Origin: Candidatus Saccharimonadota bacterium
GTDB lineage: Bacteria; Patescibacteriota; Saccharimonadia; Saccharimonadales; UBA10212
Direction of reading: 5' to 3'
NCBI GenBank assembly: GCA_013815775.1
Contig: JACDFN010000002.1
Coordinates: 717 to 64,716 of the forward strand
Length of the DNA: 64,000 bases
Shown: piece by piece, positions 19,727-28,990 of the stretch
Numbering within the stretch: the first letter of the stretch is position 1
How the letters are laid out: each line of letters opens with the position of its first letter
Made by a program: the position numbers and the translations under genes
The notes under the pieces: model-generated
What the model saw: the letters and a program-made list of their open reading frames with translations, nothing else
The model's database searches: none
What the model was told of the DNA's origin: nothing

Positions 19727-20053
19727 ATGAATCTCTATAAATCGCAAAGACAAATGGTGGGACATTTGGTAAACACTTTCGTTGTTCTGGCAGAGTTACT
19801 TCTGGCTCTAAGGGTAGTGTTAAAATTCGCCGTTGCGGAAGCCGACGCATCGTTTGTGCACTGGGCTTTTAGAGTTACTGACCCTTTGTTGGATCCTTTT
19901 CGTGGAATTTTTACTAACCCAACTGCCTCAACAGGAAGCTGGGTAATTGATTTCCCCGCATTATTGGCTATGGCAGTCTATGCGGCAGTAGGCTATATGC
20001 TAGTTTCTCTAGCTGCCCGCCTAGCGCCTTCTTTCTCAGATCGACGTAAATAA
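19727..20053 (+). CDS. YggT-family small membrane protein
   Basis: AAGGAGG Shine-Dalgarno 5 nt upstream. Contains RVTDPLLDPFRGIF...IDFPALLAM, which resembles the YggT core. Two TM helices. Confidence 0.6.
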   Translation: MNLYKSQRQMVGHLVNTFVVLAELLLALRVVLKFAVAEADASFVHWAFRVTDPLLDPFRGIFTNPTASTGSWVIDFPALLAMAVYAAVGYMLVSLAARLAPSFSDRRK

Positions 20054-20066
20054 TAAAAACAAGAAC

Positions 20067-20098
20067 AAGGCGCCGGGTTTTAGCAGCGGCGCCTTTTG
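20067..20098 (+). terminator. Rho-independent terminator after the yggT-like gene
   Basis: Perfect 9-bp stem AAGGCGCCG (20067-20075) / CGGCGCCTT (20087-20095) with an 11-nt loop. The T run begins inside the 3' arm (TTTT at 20094-20097) and is followed by G. Confidence 0.75.
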
Positions 20099-20164
20099 AT
20101 TGCTATTCCCGCGCCTATTGTCTAAACTATCTGTTATAAGTTTATAAAGAAGAGAGCTATATAA

Positions 20165-20986
20165 ATGGCAGTCGTCCCTCGTCTAAAGAGTAATAAGAAA
20201 CGTAATAAAAAAATTACCCCTCAAAAATTACGGATACTAAATTTCGTAGTGGCTGGCTTGTATGCTCTACAGGGAGCATTGATCTTAATTTTAAGTAATT
20301 CAGCTAACGGAATCCAGCGCATAACTACTGGTTATATCAGCCAAGATAAGACTGCTAGTACGGCAGCCAGCAAGACAATAACCGCTCAGGCTAACCACTT
20401 ACTGTTCGACCTTAATCTTGCTTATATAGTAGCTGCCTTTTTGTTTATAGGGGCTGCGGTCCACCTGCTTGTTTCTACGCGCTATAGGGTAGGATATGAG
20501 GCCGATCTAAAAAACCGAGTTAATAGAGCGAGGTGGGCATCCTACGCCTTGAGCCTAGGATTAATTATGCTAGCGGTTGCCTTATTGTCTGGGATCTTTG
20601 ATCTCTCTAGTCTCATTATGATTTTTGCGCTAACTGCATTAGTGGGTATTATGGGCCTTATGACGGAGAGGAGTATGATAGGATCGAAAAATATTAAATG
20701 GTTACCGTATTTGGAGGGCCTTAAATTTGGCCTAATACCCTGGCTTGTTATATTAATTTATGCCTGGGGAGCGTACGCATACGGGAGCACTATCTTAACC
20801 TTTGTCTACTTCTTATACCTAACAGCGTTGCTACTTTTCGTGGCCCTTTTTGTCAATTTTTATTTACAAATTAAAAAAATGGGACGATGGGAAGATTACT
20901 TATTCAGTGAAAAGTCTTTTATCATAATAAGTTTTATAGCCAGCTCAGCCGTTGCTTGGCAAATATTCGCGGGAACACTTAGATAG
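20165..20986 (+). CDS. Heliorhodopsin-family 7TM protein lacking the Schiff-base lysine
   Basis: Seven TM segments and a Lys-rich N-terminus. Blocks align to heliorhodopsin 48C12: RWASYALS vs RWVEYSLS, GLIPWLVILIY vs GIVPWIGLLIY, and FIASSAVAWQIFAGTL vs LVAKSALAWQIFSGTL. The K241 equivalent is S260 (AGC, 20942-20944). Confidence 0.8.
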   Translation: MAVVPRLKSNKKRNKKITPQKLRILNFVVAGLYALQGALILILSNSANGIQRITTGYISQDKTASTAASKTITAQANHLLFDLNLAYIVAAFLFIGAAVHLLVSTRYRVGYEADLKNRVNRARWASYALSLGLIMLAVALLSGIFDLSSLIMIFALTALVGIMGLMTERSMIGSKNIKWLPYLEGLKFGLIPWLVILIYAWGAYAYGSTILTFVYFLYLTALLLFVALFVNFYLQIKKMGRWEDYLFSEKSFIIISFIASSAVAWQIFAGTLR

Positions 20987-21011
20987 ACTATAGACTGCTA
21001 CAATAAAGTTA

Positions 21012-21809
21012 ATGGGATACCAACGCGCAGAGCCCTACAAACTAGGGCAAACCACGCCGTTTAAGATTAGTCGGAGTAAAATCGAGGATTTTATACGTTG
21101 CCAGCGCTGCTTTTGGCTCGACAAAAGACTCGGCATAGCTAAACCCTCCATGCCACCCTTTCTTATAAACAGTGCCGTTGATACCTTACTAAAAGCAGAG
21201 TTTGATATTTACCGCGAGAAGGGGGAGCACCACCCTTGGCAGATTGAATTTAAGGTCAAAGCTAAACCGTTTGCACATAAAGATTTAAGTCGTTGGCGCC
21301 ATACTTTTACTGGAGTCCAGTATCATCATAAGCCTACAAATTTGTTGATTTTTGGTGGAGTAGACGATGTTTGGGTCACTCCAAAAAAAGAACTAGTGGT
21401 GGTTGACTACAAAGCCACCGCCAAGGTTAATGAGATTAAGGACCTAGAAGATTCAAAATGGCATGACTCTTATCGCCGCCAGATGGAGATTTATCAATGG
21501 TTGCTTAGAGGCGAAGGACATAAGGTTAGTGACACAGGATACTTTGTTTATGCGAACGGGATTAATAGCAGAAAAGGCTTTTTTAATAAGGTTGAATTCA
21601 GGACTAATATTTTTCCCTATAAAGGCAGCGATAAGTGGGTAGAACCAACACTCCTCAAAATTAAAGACTGTTTGGAATCTAGCAGTATGCCCAAAGAATC
21701 ACCCGATTGTGAGCACTGTGCCTACGCAAAAAGTCGGACCGAGCTAACACTCAAAGAACTACAAAGTAGAAAACAAACTGATAAAAAACAACAAAAGTCC
21801 GTAACTTAG
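21012..21809 (+). CDS. PD-(D/E)XK superfamily nuclease with a Cas4/RecB-like Cys cluster
   Basis: N-terminal CQRC, core GGVDDVW...LVVVDYKAT (D...DxK), QMEIYQWL, and C-terminal CLES...CEHC. Confidence 0.7.
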   Translation: MGYQRAEPYKLGQTTPFKISRSKIEDFIRCQRCFWLDKRLGIAKPSMPPFLINSAVDTLLKAEFDIYREKGEHHPWQIEFKVKAKPFAHKDLSRWRHTFTGVQYHHKPTNLLIFGGVDDVWVTPKKELVVVDYKATAKVNEIKDLEDSKWHDSYRRQMEIYQWLLRGEGHKVSDTGYFVYANGINSRKGFFNKVEFRTNIFPYKGSDKWVEPTLLKIKDCLESSSMPKESPDCEHCAYAKSRTELTLKELQSRKQTDKKQQKSVT

Positions 21810-21810
21810 A

Positions 21811-21816
21811 TATAAT
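21811..21816 (+). promoter_or_regulatory. -10 hexamer TATAAT 7 nt before the serS ATG, predicting a leaderless transcript
   Basis: TATAAT lies at 21811-21816 and the ATG at 21823. No Shine-Dalgarno lies between them. Confidence 0.4.
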
Positions 21817-21822
21817 GTTGCT

Positions 21823-23070
21823 ATGTTAGATATCCGGTATATTAGAGAAAATTCAGACCAAGTAGCTGAAAAGTCCAGACAAAAAGGCTATGAGGTGGAC
21901 ATTCCTGCGGTTTTAGAACTTGATAATAAATATCGGGCCCTACTACAAAAAAAAGAAAACTTTAGCCGTCAACGCAACGAACTGGCTAAGCAAATTCGGG
22001 GTGATCAATCAAGCGAACAAATTGAGAGAGGACGATCCTTGAGGGAAGAGGAAAAATCTCTTACTGCTGAATTTGAAGCAACTGAGAAGTTATTAGTTCG
22101 TTCACTGGCAAAAATACCAAATATCTTTCCGGAGGACACTCCCCTTGGCGGCGAAGAGGCTAACCGTAATGAAAAAAAATGGGGAGTAGTTAGCGAAAAA
22201 GACTTTGACGTTCTGGACCACCTATCCTGGGGTGAAAAACGAAGTCTGATTGACTTTGAAAGGGGCGCTAAAGTAGCCGGAAATAAATTCTACTTTCTTA
22301 AAGGTGTGCTGGTGGAGCTAGAGTTTGCTATTTTTCAACTAGGTTTAGCGTTAGCAAAAAAATATGGCTTCACTGCTATGCAAGTACCACATATGGTGAG
22401 TTCCAAGGTCCTGGAAGGCGCTGGTTTTTCAGCTCGTGGTGAAGAAAAACAAATTTATAAAATTGAAGACGAAGATTTACACCTAATAGCTACCGCTGAG
22501 ATACCTTTAACTGGGTATCATACTGATGAAATTATCGACTTCAGTAATCTTCCGATTTTATACGCTGGCCTAAGTCCGGCCTACCGGGTAGAGGGCGGTG
22601 CTTACGGCAAGCACAATAGGGGTTTGTATCGAACGCATCAATTCAACAAACTGGAACTTTATGTGCTTTGCAAGCCAGAGGAAAGTGAGCTATGGCACCA
22701 AAAACTACTAGAGCTAGAAGAAGAGCTTTGCCAAGCCCTAGAGATACCCTATCGGGTAGTGCGTATAGCCTCAGGCGACTTAGGCGCGCCGGCTTATAAA
22801 AAGTACGATATAGAGTATTGGACACCTGTAGATAAAAGCTACCGCGAACTTACAAGTTGTTCGAACGTTACAGACTACCAAGCTAGACGTCTAAACATTC
22901 GATATCGAGATTCAGAAGGTAAAATAGCGTATCTTCATACGTTAAACGCTACAGCTGCCGCTATGAGCCGAGTGACAATCGCGTTGGTAGAGAATCACCA
23001 AGATAAAGATGGAACAATCCATGTTCCTAAAGCTTTACAATTTTATTTTGGTTCCCAAACATCTTTCTAA
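21823..23070 (+). CDS. serS: Seryl-tRNA synthetase
   Basis: N-terminal coiled-coil arm and a class II core (TAEIPLTGYH, RVEGGAYGKHNRGLYRTHQF, LNATAAA). Confidence 0.95.
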   Translation: MLDIRYIRENSDQVAEKSRQKGYEVDIPAVLELDNKYRALLQKKENFSRQRNELAKQIRGDQSSEQIERGRSLREEEKSLTAEFEATEKLLVRSLAKIPNIFPEDTPLGGEEANRNEKKWGVVSEKDFDVLDHLSWGEKRSLIDFERGAKVAGNKFYFLKGVLVELEFAIFQLGLALAKKYGFTAMQVPHMVSSKVLEGAGFSARGEEKQIYKIEDEDLHLIATAEIPLTGYHTDEIIDFSNLPILYAGLSPAYRVEGGAYGKHNRGLYRTHQFNKLELYVLCKPEESELWHQKLLELEEELCQALEIPYRVVRIASGDLGAPAYKKYDIEYWTPVDKSYRELTSCSNVTDYQARRLNIRYRDSEGKIAYLHTLNATAAAMSRVTIALVENHQDKDGTIHVPKALQFYFGSQTSF

Positions 23071-23162
23071 AAAATTATCAGACAAGTGTTTATCTTAGCT
23101 ACTTATCTGGGGTACAATGTAAGTTAACCTATACTTGGGAGGACAGTTTTTAGTTTTGTCAT

Positions 23163-25793
23163 ATGAAGACTTTTATCAATAAGAAACTTATAAAAAGGGC
23201 TCTAGGAGATCCGCAAGCCGCCACAGTCAAGCGGATGAAAAAGCGCGTCAGCAAAATTAACGCTCTTGCGGACAATTACAAAAAAATGAGCGACGTAAAG
23301 CTCAAACAGCAGACTAAAATCCTGAAACAACGTCTGGAAAAAGGCGAGACACTGGACAATATCTTAAATGATGCATTTGCTATAGTTCGCGAAGCTGCCA
23401 CCAGAACTCTTGGCCAACGACATTTTGACGTACAGCTTATTGGCGGAATGGTGCTACATGAGGGTTCGGTTGCTGAGATGAAGACCGGAGAAGGTAAGAC
23501 ACTGGTGGCGACTTTGCCCCTTTACTTAAATGCTCTAGAGGGCAAGGGGGCACATCTAGTAACAGTTAACGATTATTTAGTTCAGAGAGATGCCGGCTGG
23601 ATGGGTCAAATTTATAATTATTTAGGACTAAGCGTGGGAGTAGTTATTCCCGATGAATCATTTGTCTATGATCCCAGGCATATAGACGAAAAGCATTTTG
23701 ACGAACGTTTGCACCATCTTAGACCGGCTACCAGACAAGATGCTTATAATGCAGATATTACTTACAGTACCAATAATGAGCTGGGCTTTGACTACCTACG
23801 TGACAATATGGTGCGCGAAATTGACCAACTTCGACAGCGAGACTTACATTACGCTATAGTCGATGAGGTAGATTCTATTTTAATAGATGAAGCCCGCACG
23901 CCATTAATAATCTCGGCACCGGCTACTGCTAGTGGTGCGGCCTATGAGCAGTTTTCTAAAATTGTCCGTCAACTTAAAGAAACCACGCACTACGAGAAAG
24001 ATGAGAAGCGCCGTAGTGTCATTCTTACCGATGACGGAATAGAGTTAGTGGAAAAAATACTTGGTATCAAAAGTCTTTATGCAACTGAAAATTTACGTAC
24101 CATATATCACTTAGAGCAAGCCCTTAAATCGGAAGTACTTTTCAAGCGCGATAAGGATTACGTAGTCACTAAAGAGGGGGAAATTGTAATTGTTGACGAT
24201 TTCACTGGACGTCTTTTGCGAGGTAGACGATATAACGAAGGGTTGCATCAAGCTATAGAGGCCAAAGAAGGAGTTACGGTCCAAGAAGAGTCCATGACTC
24301 TGGCTACAATTTCGTTTCAGAATTATTTTCGACTTTATAAAAAACTTTCCGGTATGACGGGGACAGCCGTTACCGAGAGTGAAGAATTTCATCAAATATA
24401 TAAACTCAATGTGATTGAAGTACCTTCTAATAGAACGCTGGTTCGTAAAGATCTCTCCGATAAAATTTATAAATCGGAAGCCGGTAAGATGCGGGCTATA
24501 ACAGCCGGGGTGAAGGAGCTTTATGAGAAAGGGCAACCGGTACTTCTTGGGACCGTTAGTATCGAACGGAATGAAGTACTCTCTGCAATGCTTAAGAATG
24601 CCGGTGTGCCGCACGAGGTTTTAAATGCTAAAAACAACGAAAAAGAAGCTGCAATTGTTGCTAAGGCTGGGCAGAAAAAATCTGTCACATTGGCCACTAA
24701 TATAGCTGGTCGTGGCACCGATATAGTTTTGGGTGAAGGAGTTAAAGAATTGGGCGGACTTTTTGTGCTGGGTTCAGAACGACATGAAGCTCGCCGGATA
24801 GACAATCAGCTTCGAGGACGTGCCGGTCGTCAAGGTGATCCTGGTACAACACAGTTCTATGTCAGCTGCCAGGACGACCTTATGCGTATCTATGGTGGCG
24901 AGCGCATTGCCTCAATTATGAACCTTCTTAAAGTAGACGAAGACACCCCGATGGAAAGTCGCCGCATTAGTAAAGCCCTGGAAGGCGCTCAAAAAAAGGT
25001 CGAAGGTTTTAATTTTGACCAACGTAAGAATGTAGTCAAGTACGACGACGTTATGAATCGTCACAGGCGGGCAATTTATGCAATACGACGAGAGGTTCTT
25101 CGAGCAACCGATATTAGTCCGCGAATAAAAAAATTCATCGAAGAAGAGGTTGATGTGCTAGTTAGTCATCCGGATTCAACAACCGAGATCTATGAGACTG
25201 TGCTTACTGAATCCTTCCCGATTGATGATGTCACACTAGATAAGCTTTTTGACACAGCAGCCGATAGGTTCCATCCTGCTTTAGAAAAGGCCGCTGCAAA
25301 GCTGTATGACCATCAGGAAAAACTCTTTCGAACTGAATTAATGCGCAAGATAGAGAGAGACATTTACCTGCAAGTACTAGATAACCTCTGGATGCAGCAT
25401 CTAGAAGATATGGATCATTTGCGCGAAGGCATTCACTGGATAAGCGTGGGCCAAAGAGACCCATTAGTAGAATACCGCCGGCAGGGACAAAGAATTTTCG
25501 AGGAAATGCAGGCTACATTGCGCCACGATATAGTTCGAGCAATAATGCATGCTCAACCTGTGGACGTAGAGGCTACTAAGGCTGTGGAAACCGACTTAAC
25601 TCGCGCAGCTCGCGGATCCGTAGATAATGCCAGCCAAATCCTATCGGCTAAAGCCTATGAAGAAACCGATTTTAAAACGGAGCAAATAGAACAGGCGAAC
25701 GAGTCTCGTGTTAAGGCTGAACGTAAAAAAGTTCGCAAGGCTGAACGACAACGGCGACGCAAGTCGACTGCTAAAAGAAAAAAACGCAAATAA
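23163..25793 (+). CDS. secA: Preprotein translocase ATPase SecA (basic C-terminal tail, no zinc-finger motif seen)
   Basis: MKTGEGKTLVATLP (Walker A) and DEVDSILIDEARTPLIIS. SecA-like along its full length. Confidence 0.97.
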   Translation: MKTFINKKLIKRALGDPQAATVKRMKKRVSKINALADNYKKMSDVKLKQQTKILKQRLEKGETLDNILNDAFAIVREAATRTLGQRHFDVQLIGGMVLHEGSVAEMKTGEGKTLVATLPLYLNALEGKGAHLVTVNDYLVQRDAGWMGQIYNYLGLSVGVVIPDESFVYDPRHIDEKHFDERLHHLRPATRQDAYNADITYSTNNELGFDYLRDNMVREIDQLRQRDLHYAIVDEVDSILIDEARTPLIISAPATASGAAYEQFSKIVRQLKETTHYEKDEKRRSVILTDDGIELVEKILGIKSLYATENLRTIYHLEQALKSEVLFKRDKDYVVTKEGEIVIVDDFTGRLLRGRRYNEGLHQAIEAKEGVTVQEESMTLATISFQNYFRLYKKLSGMTGTAVTESEEFHQIYKLNVIEVPSNRTLVRKDLSDKIYKSEAGKMRAITAGVKELYEKGQPVLLGTVSIERNEVLSAMLKNAGVPHEVLNAKNNEKEAAIVAKAGQKKSVTLATNIAGRGTDIVLGEGVKELGGLFVLGSERHEARRIDNQLRGRAGRQGDPGTTQFYVSCQDDLMRIYGGERIASIMNLLKVDEDTPMESRRISKALEGAQKKVEGFNFDQRKNVVKYDDVMNRHRRAIYAIRREVLRATDISPRIKKFIEEEVDVLVSHPDSTTEIYETVLTESFPIDDVTLDKLFDTAADRFHPALEKAAAKLYDHQEKLFRTELMRKIERDIYLQVLDNLWMQHLEDMDHLREGIHWISVGQRDPLVEYRRQGQRIFEEMQATLRHDIVRAIMHAQPVDVEATKAVETDLTRAARGSVDNASQILSAKAYEETDFKTEQIEQANESRVKAERKKVRKAERQRRRKSTAKRKKRK

Positions 25794-25797
25794 AAAA

Positions 25798-27087
25798 ATG
25801 AAGCACACTGTTAATGAAATTGAACTTAAAAATGGTTCTAAAGGTTTGTTCGTTGATGTTCCTGGTGCCAGTGTTATGGTCTATGATTTTAGCTTTAGAG
25901 CTGGCGAATACCTAGTTGAAAGAGAAAAGTGGGAAGTTCCTCACTTACTTGAACATGTGCTTCTAGGAGCTAATGAAGTTTTTCGTAAATCAAGGATTTT
26001 TCAGGCGGAATTTGAAAAAAATGGAGCTTACACTAACGCTCATACTGGCACCTACCATATTTCATATGAAGCGGAGTGCGCCGATTTTGAATGGCAAAGA
26101 ATCTTAGATCTAATCCTGACTGCTATCTCCAAGCCTCTTTTTTTACGCGAGGAATTCATAGCAGAATTTGGAAATGTTAAAGACGAGAGGTCCGCTAGAA
26201 CAAATAATCATTTCTTCCACTTGGCTGCTACTGCACGTCAAGCCTATGGGTTACTTGCTATGACTGACCGAGAGGCGCTTCGACAAATGAAAAATGTAAA
26301 GCTACGAGATCTTACTGAACATTATCACCGCACACACACCTTTGGCAACATGCGATTTATAATTGGAGGTGACTTAAAGGGCCGAAGAGAAGCTATAAAA
26401 AAAACTATTGAAGGCGTGGATTTACCCAAAGGCGGGGGTAGACTCAATCTTCCCTCAGAACTCCCTAAGCCACTCGAAAAACCAATTTTTATATATAGGC
26501 CTTCTGTTAAAACCATGTTTTTTTACCTAGACACCTTTACCTTAAAAAGATTTGACGACGAAGGCTGGGACGCTTTAGGCCTAGTTAATACTATGCTGAC
26601 TGCTACGCTTAATTCACGAATACTTGGTGAAGCCAGAGAGCGGGGTTTAGTATATTCGATGAGTTCCAATTTGGATACCACCTTGGATAGTTCACAGTGG
26701 TGGTTTGGTGCTCAGGTTATTCCAAAAAATTCCCCAGCTCTTTTTGAAATTATTGTTCGAGAACTAAAAAGGGTGCGCGCTGGAGACATAAGCCCCACAG
26801 ACTTGGAGACTGCTAAACAATATCTACTAGGTAGACACCAGCGGGGGGCCCAAACTGTCGGAGGAACCTTGGCGGGCTATTCAGGCAGGTACTATTTTGA
26901 CGACATTATCGAAAACTATGACCGAGTTCCCGAGCGAATTAGAGCTGTTACAAAAACAAGGATAGTAGAAGCGGCTGAGGCAATGTTTGCCCAAAAGGTG
27001 GGAGGACTGGGGGTATTGGGTAATAGTCGAGTACGGCAAATCACAGATGAGCTTTACGATATTATTCAGCCGCTTTGGTATGAATAG
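25798..27087 (+). CDS. M16 (pitrilysin/insulinase) family zinc peptidase
   Basis: Inverted zinc motif HLLEH (HxxEH) near the N-terminus. Start taken at ATG 25798 just after the secA stop. The ORF-track start at 25708 overlaps secA. Confidence 0.8.
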   Translation: MKHTVNEIELKNGSKGLFVDVPGASVMVYDFSFRAGEYLVEREKWEVPHLLEHVLLGANEVFRKSRIFQAEFEKNGAYTNAHTGTYHISYEAECADFEWQRILDLILTAISKPLFLREEFIAEFGNVKDERSARTNNHFFHLAATARQAYGLLAMTDREALRQMKNVKLRDLTEHYHRTHTFGNMRFIIGGDLKGRREAIKKTIEGVDLPKGGGRLNLPSELPKPLEKPIFIYRPSVKTMFFYLDTFTLKRFDDEGWDALGLVNTMLTATLNSRILGEARERGLVYSMSSNLDTTLDSSQWWFGAQVIPKNSPALFEIIVRELKRVRAGDISPTDLETAKQYLLGRHQRGAQTVGGTLAGYSGRYYFDDIIENYDRVPERIRAVTKTRIVEAAEAMFAQKVGGLGVLGNSRVRQITDELYDIIQPLWYE

Positions 27088-27176
27088 TCGTTTCAAACAG
27101 AAACAATCTCTAAAGAATATAATCTATACTTGTTGTTATTAAGCTATAGTCTAAGTTCTGTACGAGAAATTTCCTT

Positions 27177-27182
27177 TATAAT
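27177..27182 (+). promoter_or_regulatory. -10 hexamer TATAAT 8 nt before the prfB ATG
   Basis: TATAAT lies at 27177-27182 and the ATG at 27190. No Shine-Dalgarno is present. Confidence 0.4.
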
Positions 27183-27189
27183 TATCCAA

Positions 27190-28278
27190 ATGGACCAGTT
27201 ACAAAAAAAATTAGAGGCTCTTAAGAATCAAGTTGACCATGCCGTGGATAAATTAAATCTGGCTAGACTTGAAAGAGATATTGCAGGCCTCAGGGCTAAG
27301 ATGTCACATGCCGATTTTTGGCAAGATCAAGCCGAAGCACAAGAGGTTAGCAAACAAGAGTCTAATCTAAGCAAAAAGATTATGTCATGGAGAAAAATCC
27401 AGCACGAGGTAAATGAATTGATCGAGCTGGTGGAGTTAGACGATGACAGTGTTCAAGAAGAACTGACGCGTCAGATGGAAAAAATAGAAAAAAAATTCAA
27501 AGAACTTAAAAAAGAAAGTAGCTATAGGGGACCTTATGATGATCACGACATTATACTTAGTATTTACGCAGGGGCTGGAGGTACAGATGCGCAGGATTGG
27601 GCTCAAATGTTGCTTCGAATGTATACGAGATGGGCAGAGGCTAAGCGGCTTAAGATTGAAACCATAGACCAGAATCAAGGAGATGAAGCTGGTATAAAAA
27701 GTGCAACCTTGGAAATTTCTGGCGGTAGTTTGTTATACGGAAAATTAGTTGGTGAGAACGGAGTTCATAGACTAGTGCGCCTAAGCCCATTTAATGCCGA
27801 TAATTTACGTCAAACCAGCTTTGCCAAAGTTGAGATACTTCCCTTAATCAGTAAGCCAAGCGACCTAGTAATCGATGATAAAGAATTAAAAATCGATGTT
27901 TATAGAGCGGGCGGGCATGGTGGTCAGTCAGTTAATACCACAGATTCGGCAGTGCGGGTGACTCATTTGCCAACCGGTATCAGCGTGGCCATCCAAAACG
28001 AGCGGTCGCAAGTTCAGAACAAAGAAACTGCACTATCAATCTTACGTTCACGACTTGTTACACTTCAGCTTGAACAACACGTCCAGTCACTCAAAGAACT
28101 TAAAGGCCCAAATAAATCAGCGGAATGGGGGAACCAAATTCGCAGTTACGTTTTACATCCTTACAAGCAGGTCAAAGATTTACGAACTGAGCATGAAACA
28201 AGTGAGGTGGATAAAGTTCTTGATGGAAATCTGGATCAATTTATCGACGCCTGGTCAGAGCATGCTTTAGCCGTATAA
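27190..28278 (+). CDS. prfB: Peptide chain release factor 2 (single uninterrupted frame, no +1 frameshift site)
   Basis: SPF tripeptide (VRLSPFNADN) and GGQ motif ([24 protein letters not shown]). Start taken at MDQLQKK. Confidence 0.94.
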   Translation: MDQLQKKLEALKNQVDHAVDKLNLARLERDIAGLRAKMSHADFWQDQAEAQEVSKQESNLSKKIMSWRKIQHEVNELIELVELDDDSVQEELTRQMEKIEKKFKELKKESSYRGPYDDHDIILSIYAGAGGTDAQDWAQMLLRMYTRWAEAKRLKIETIDQNQGDEAGIKSATLEISGGSLLYGKLVGENGVHRLVRLSPFNADNLRQTSFAKVEILPLISKPSDLVIDDKELKIDVYRAGGHGGQSVNTTDSAVRVTHLPTGISVAIQNERSQVQNKETALSILRSRLVTLQLEQHVQSLKELKGPNKSAEWGNQIRSYVLHPYKQVKDLRTEHETSEVDKVLDGNLDQFIDAWSEHALAV

Positions 28279-28292
28279 AAACCGTTAATGCT

Positions 28293-28298
28293 ATAATT
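28293..28298 (+). promoter_or_regulatory. -10 hexamer TATAAT 9 nt before the ftsE ATG
   Basis: TATAAT lies at 28293-28298 and the ATG at 28307. Confidence 0.35.
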
Positions 28299-28306
28299 TA
28301 TAAACA

Positions 28307-28990
28307 ATGATTTTGTTGGACAGGGTGACGAAAACTTATAATCGCAGAGGGCCTGCTTTGGAGAGAATATCTCTGCACGTAGAACCTAAAGAATTTGTAA
28401 TAATTGTCGGCCCTAGCGGAGCGGGAAAATCTACACTTTTTAAATTATTAACCAGAGAGGAAAAACCAAGTAGCGGTAAGATTATTGTTGGTGGAATGGA
28501 TTACGAGCGCTTAAATGATAAAGACATACCACTGCTAAGGCGTAAAATTGGAGTAGTATTTCAAGATTTCAAGTTGCTCAATAACAAAACAATTCACGAG
28601 AATGTAGCCTTTGCACTGGAAATAGCCGGCATCCCTACGCAGGAAATTAAACACACGGTACCCAAAGTTATGGACTTGGTGGGGCTACTGGGTAAGGAAA
28701 ATCATTACCCACTTGAACTATCTGGTGGAGAACGCCAAAGGGTAGCAATTGCCCGAGCCATTGTCCGTCAGCCTAAAATATTGATTGCCGATGAACCGAC
28801 CGGTAACCTTGACCCCAAACACGCCTGGGACGTTATAAAGGTCTTAGAGAAGATAAACCGCTTTGGGACAACCGTTCTCCTAACAACCCACAACCAGGAT
28901 ATTGTTAATACTCTTAAAAGAAGGGTCGTAACTATTAAAGACGGACATATCGTGAGCGACCGCGCAGTAGGACATTATAAAGGAGTATGA
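28307..28990 (+). CDS. ftsE: Cell division ABC ATPase FtsE
   Basis: GPSGAGKST, LSGGERQRVAIARA and ILIADEPTGNLD. Paired with ftsX. Confidence 0.93.
   Translation: MILLDRVTKTYNRRGPALERISLHVEPKEFVIIVGPSGAGKSTLFKLLTREEKPSSGKIIVGGMDYERLNDKDIPLLRRKIGVVFQDFKLLNNKTIHENVAFALEIAGIPTQEIKHTVPKVMDLVGLLGKENHYPLELSGGERQRVAIARAIVRQPKILIADEPTGNLDPKHAWDVIKVLEKINRFGTTVLLTTHNQDIVNTLKRRVVTIKDGHIVSDRAVGHYKGV

Noticed and set aside
27130-28278. Programmed +1 frameshift in prfB, and the N-terminal extension shown in the ORF track.
   Set aside because: The RF2 sequence is continuous in one frame from MDQLQKK (27190) and contains no CTT-TGA-C shift site. The 20 upstream codons (MLLLSYSLSS...) do not resemble RF2 and overlap the -10 element.
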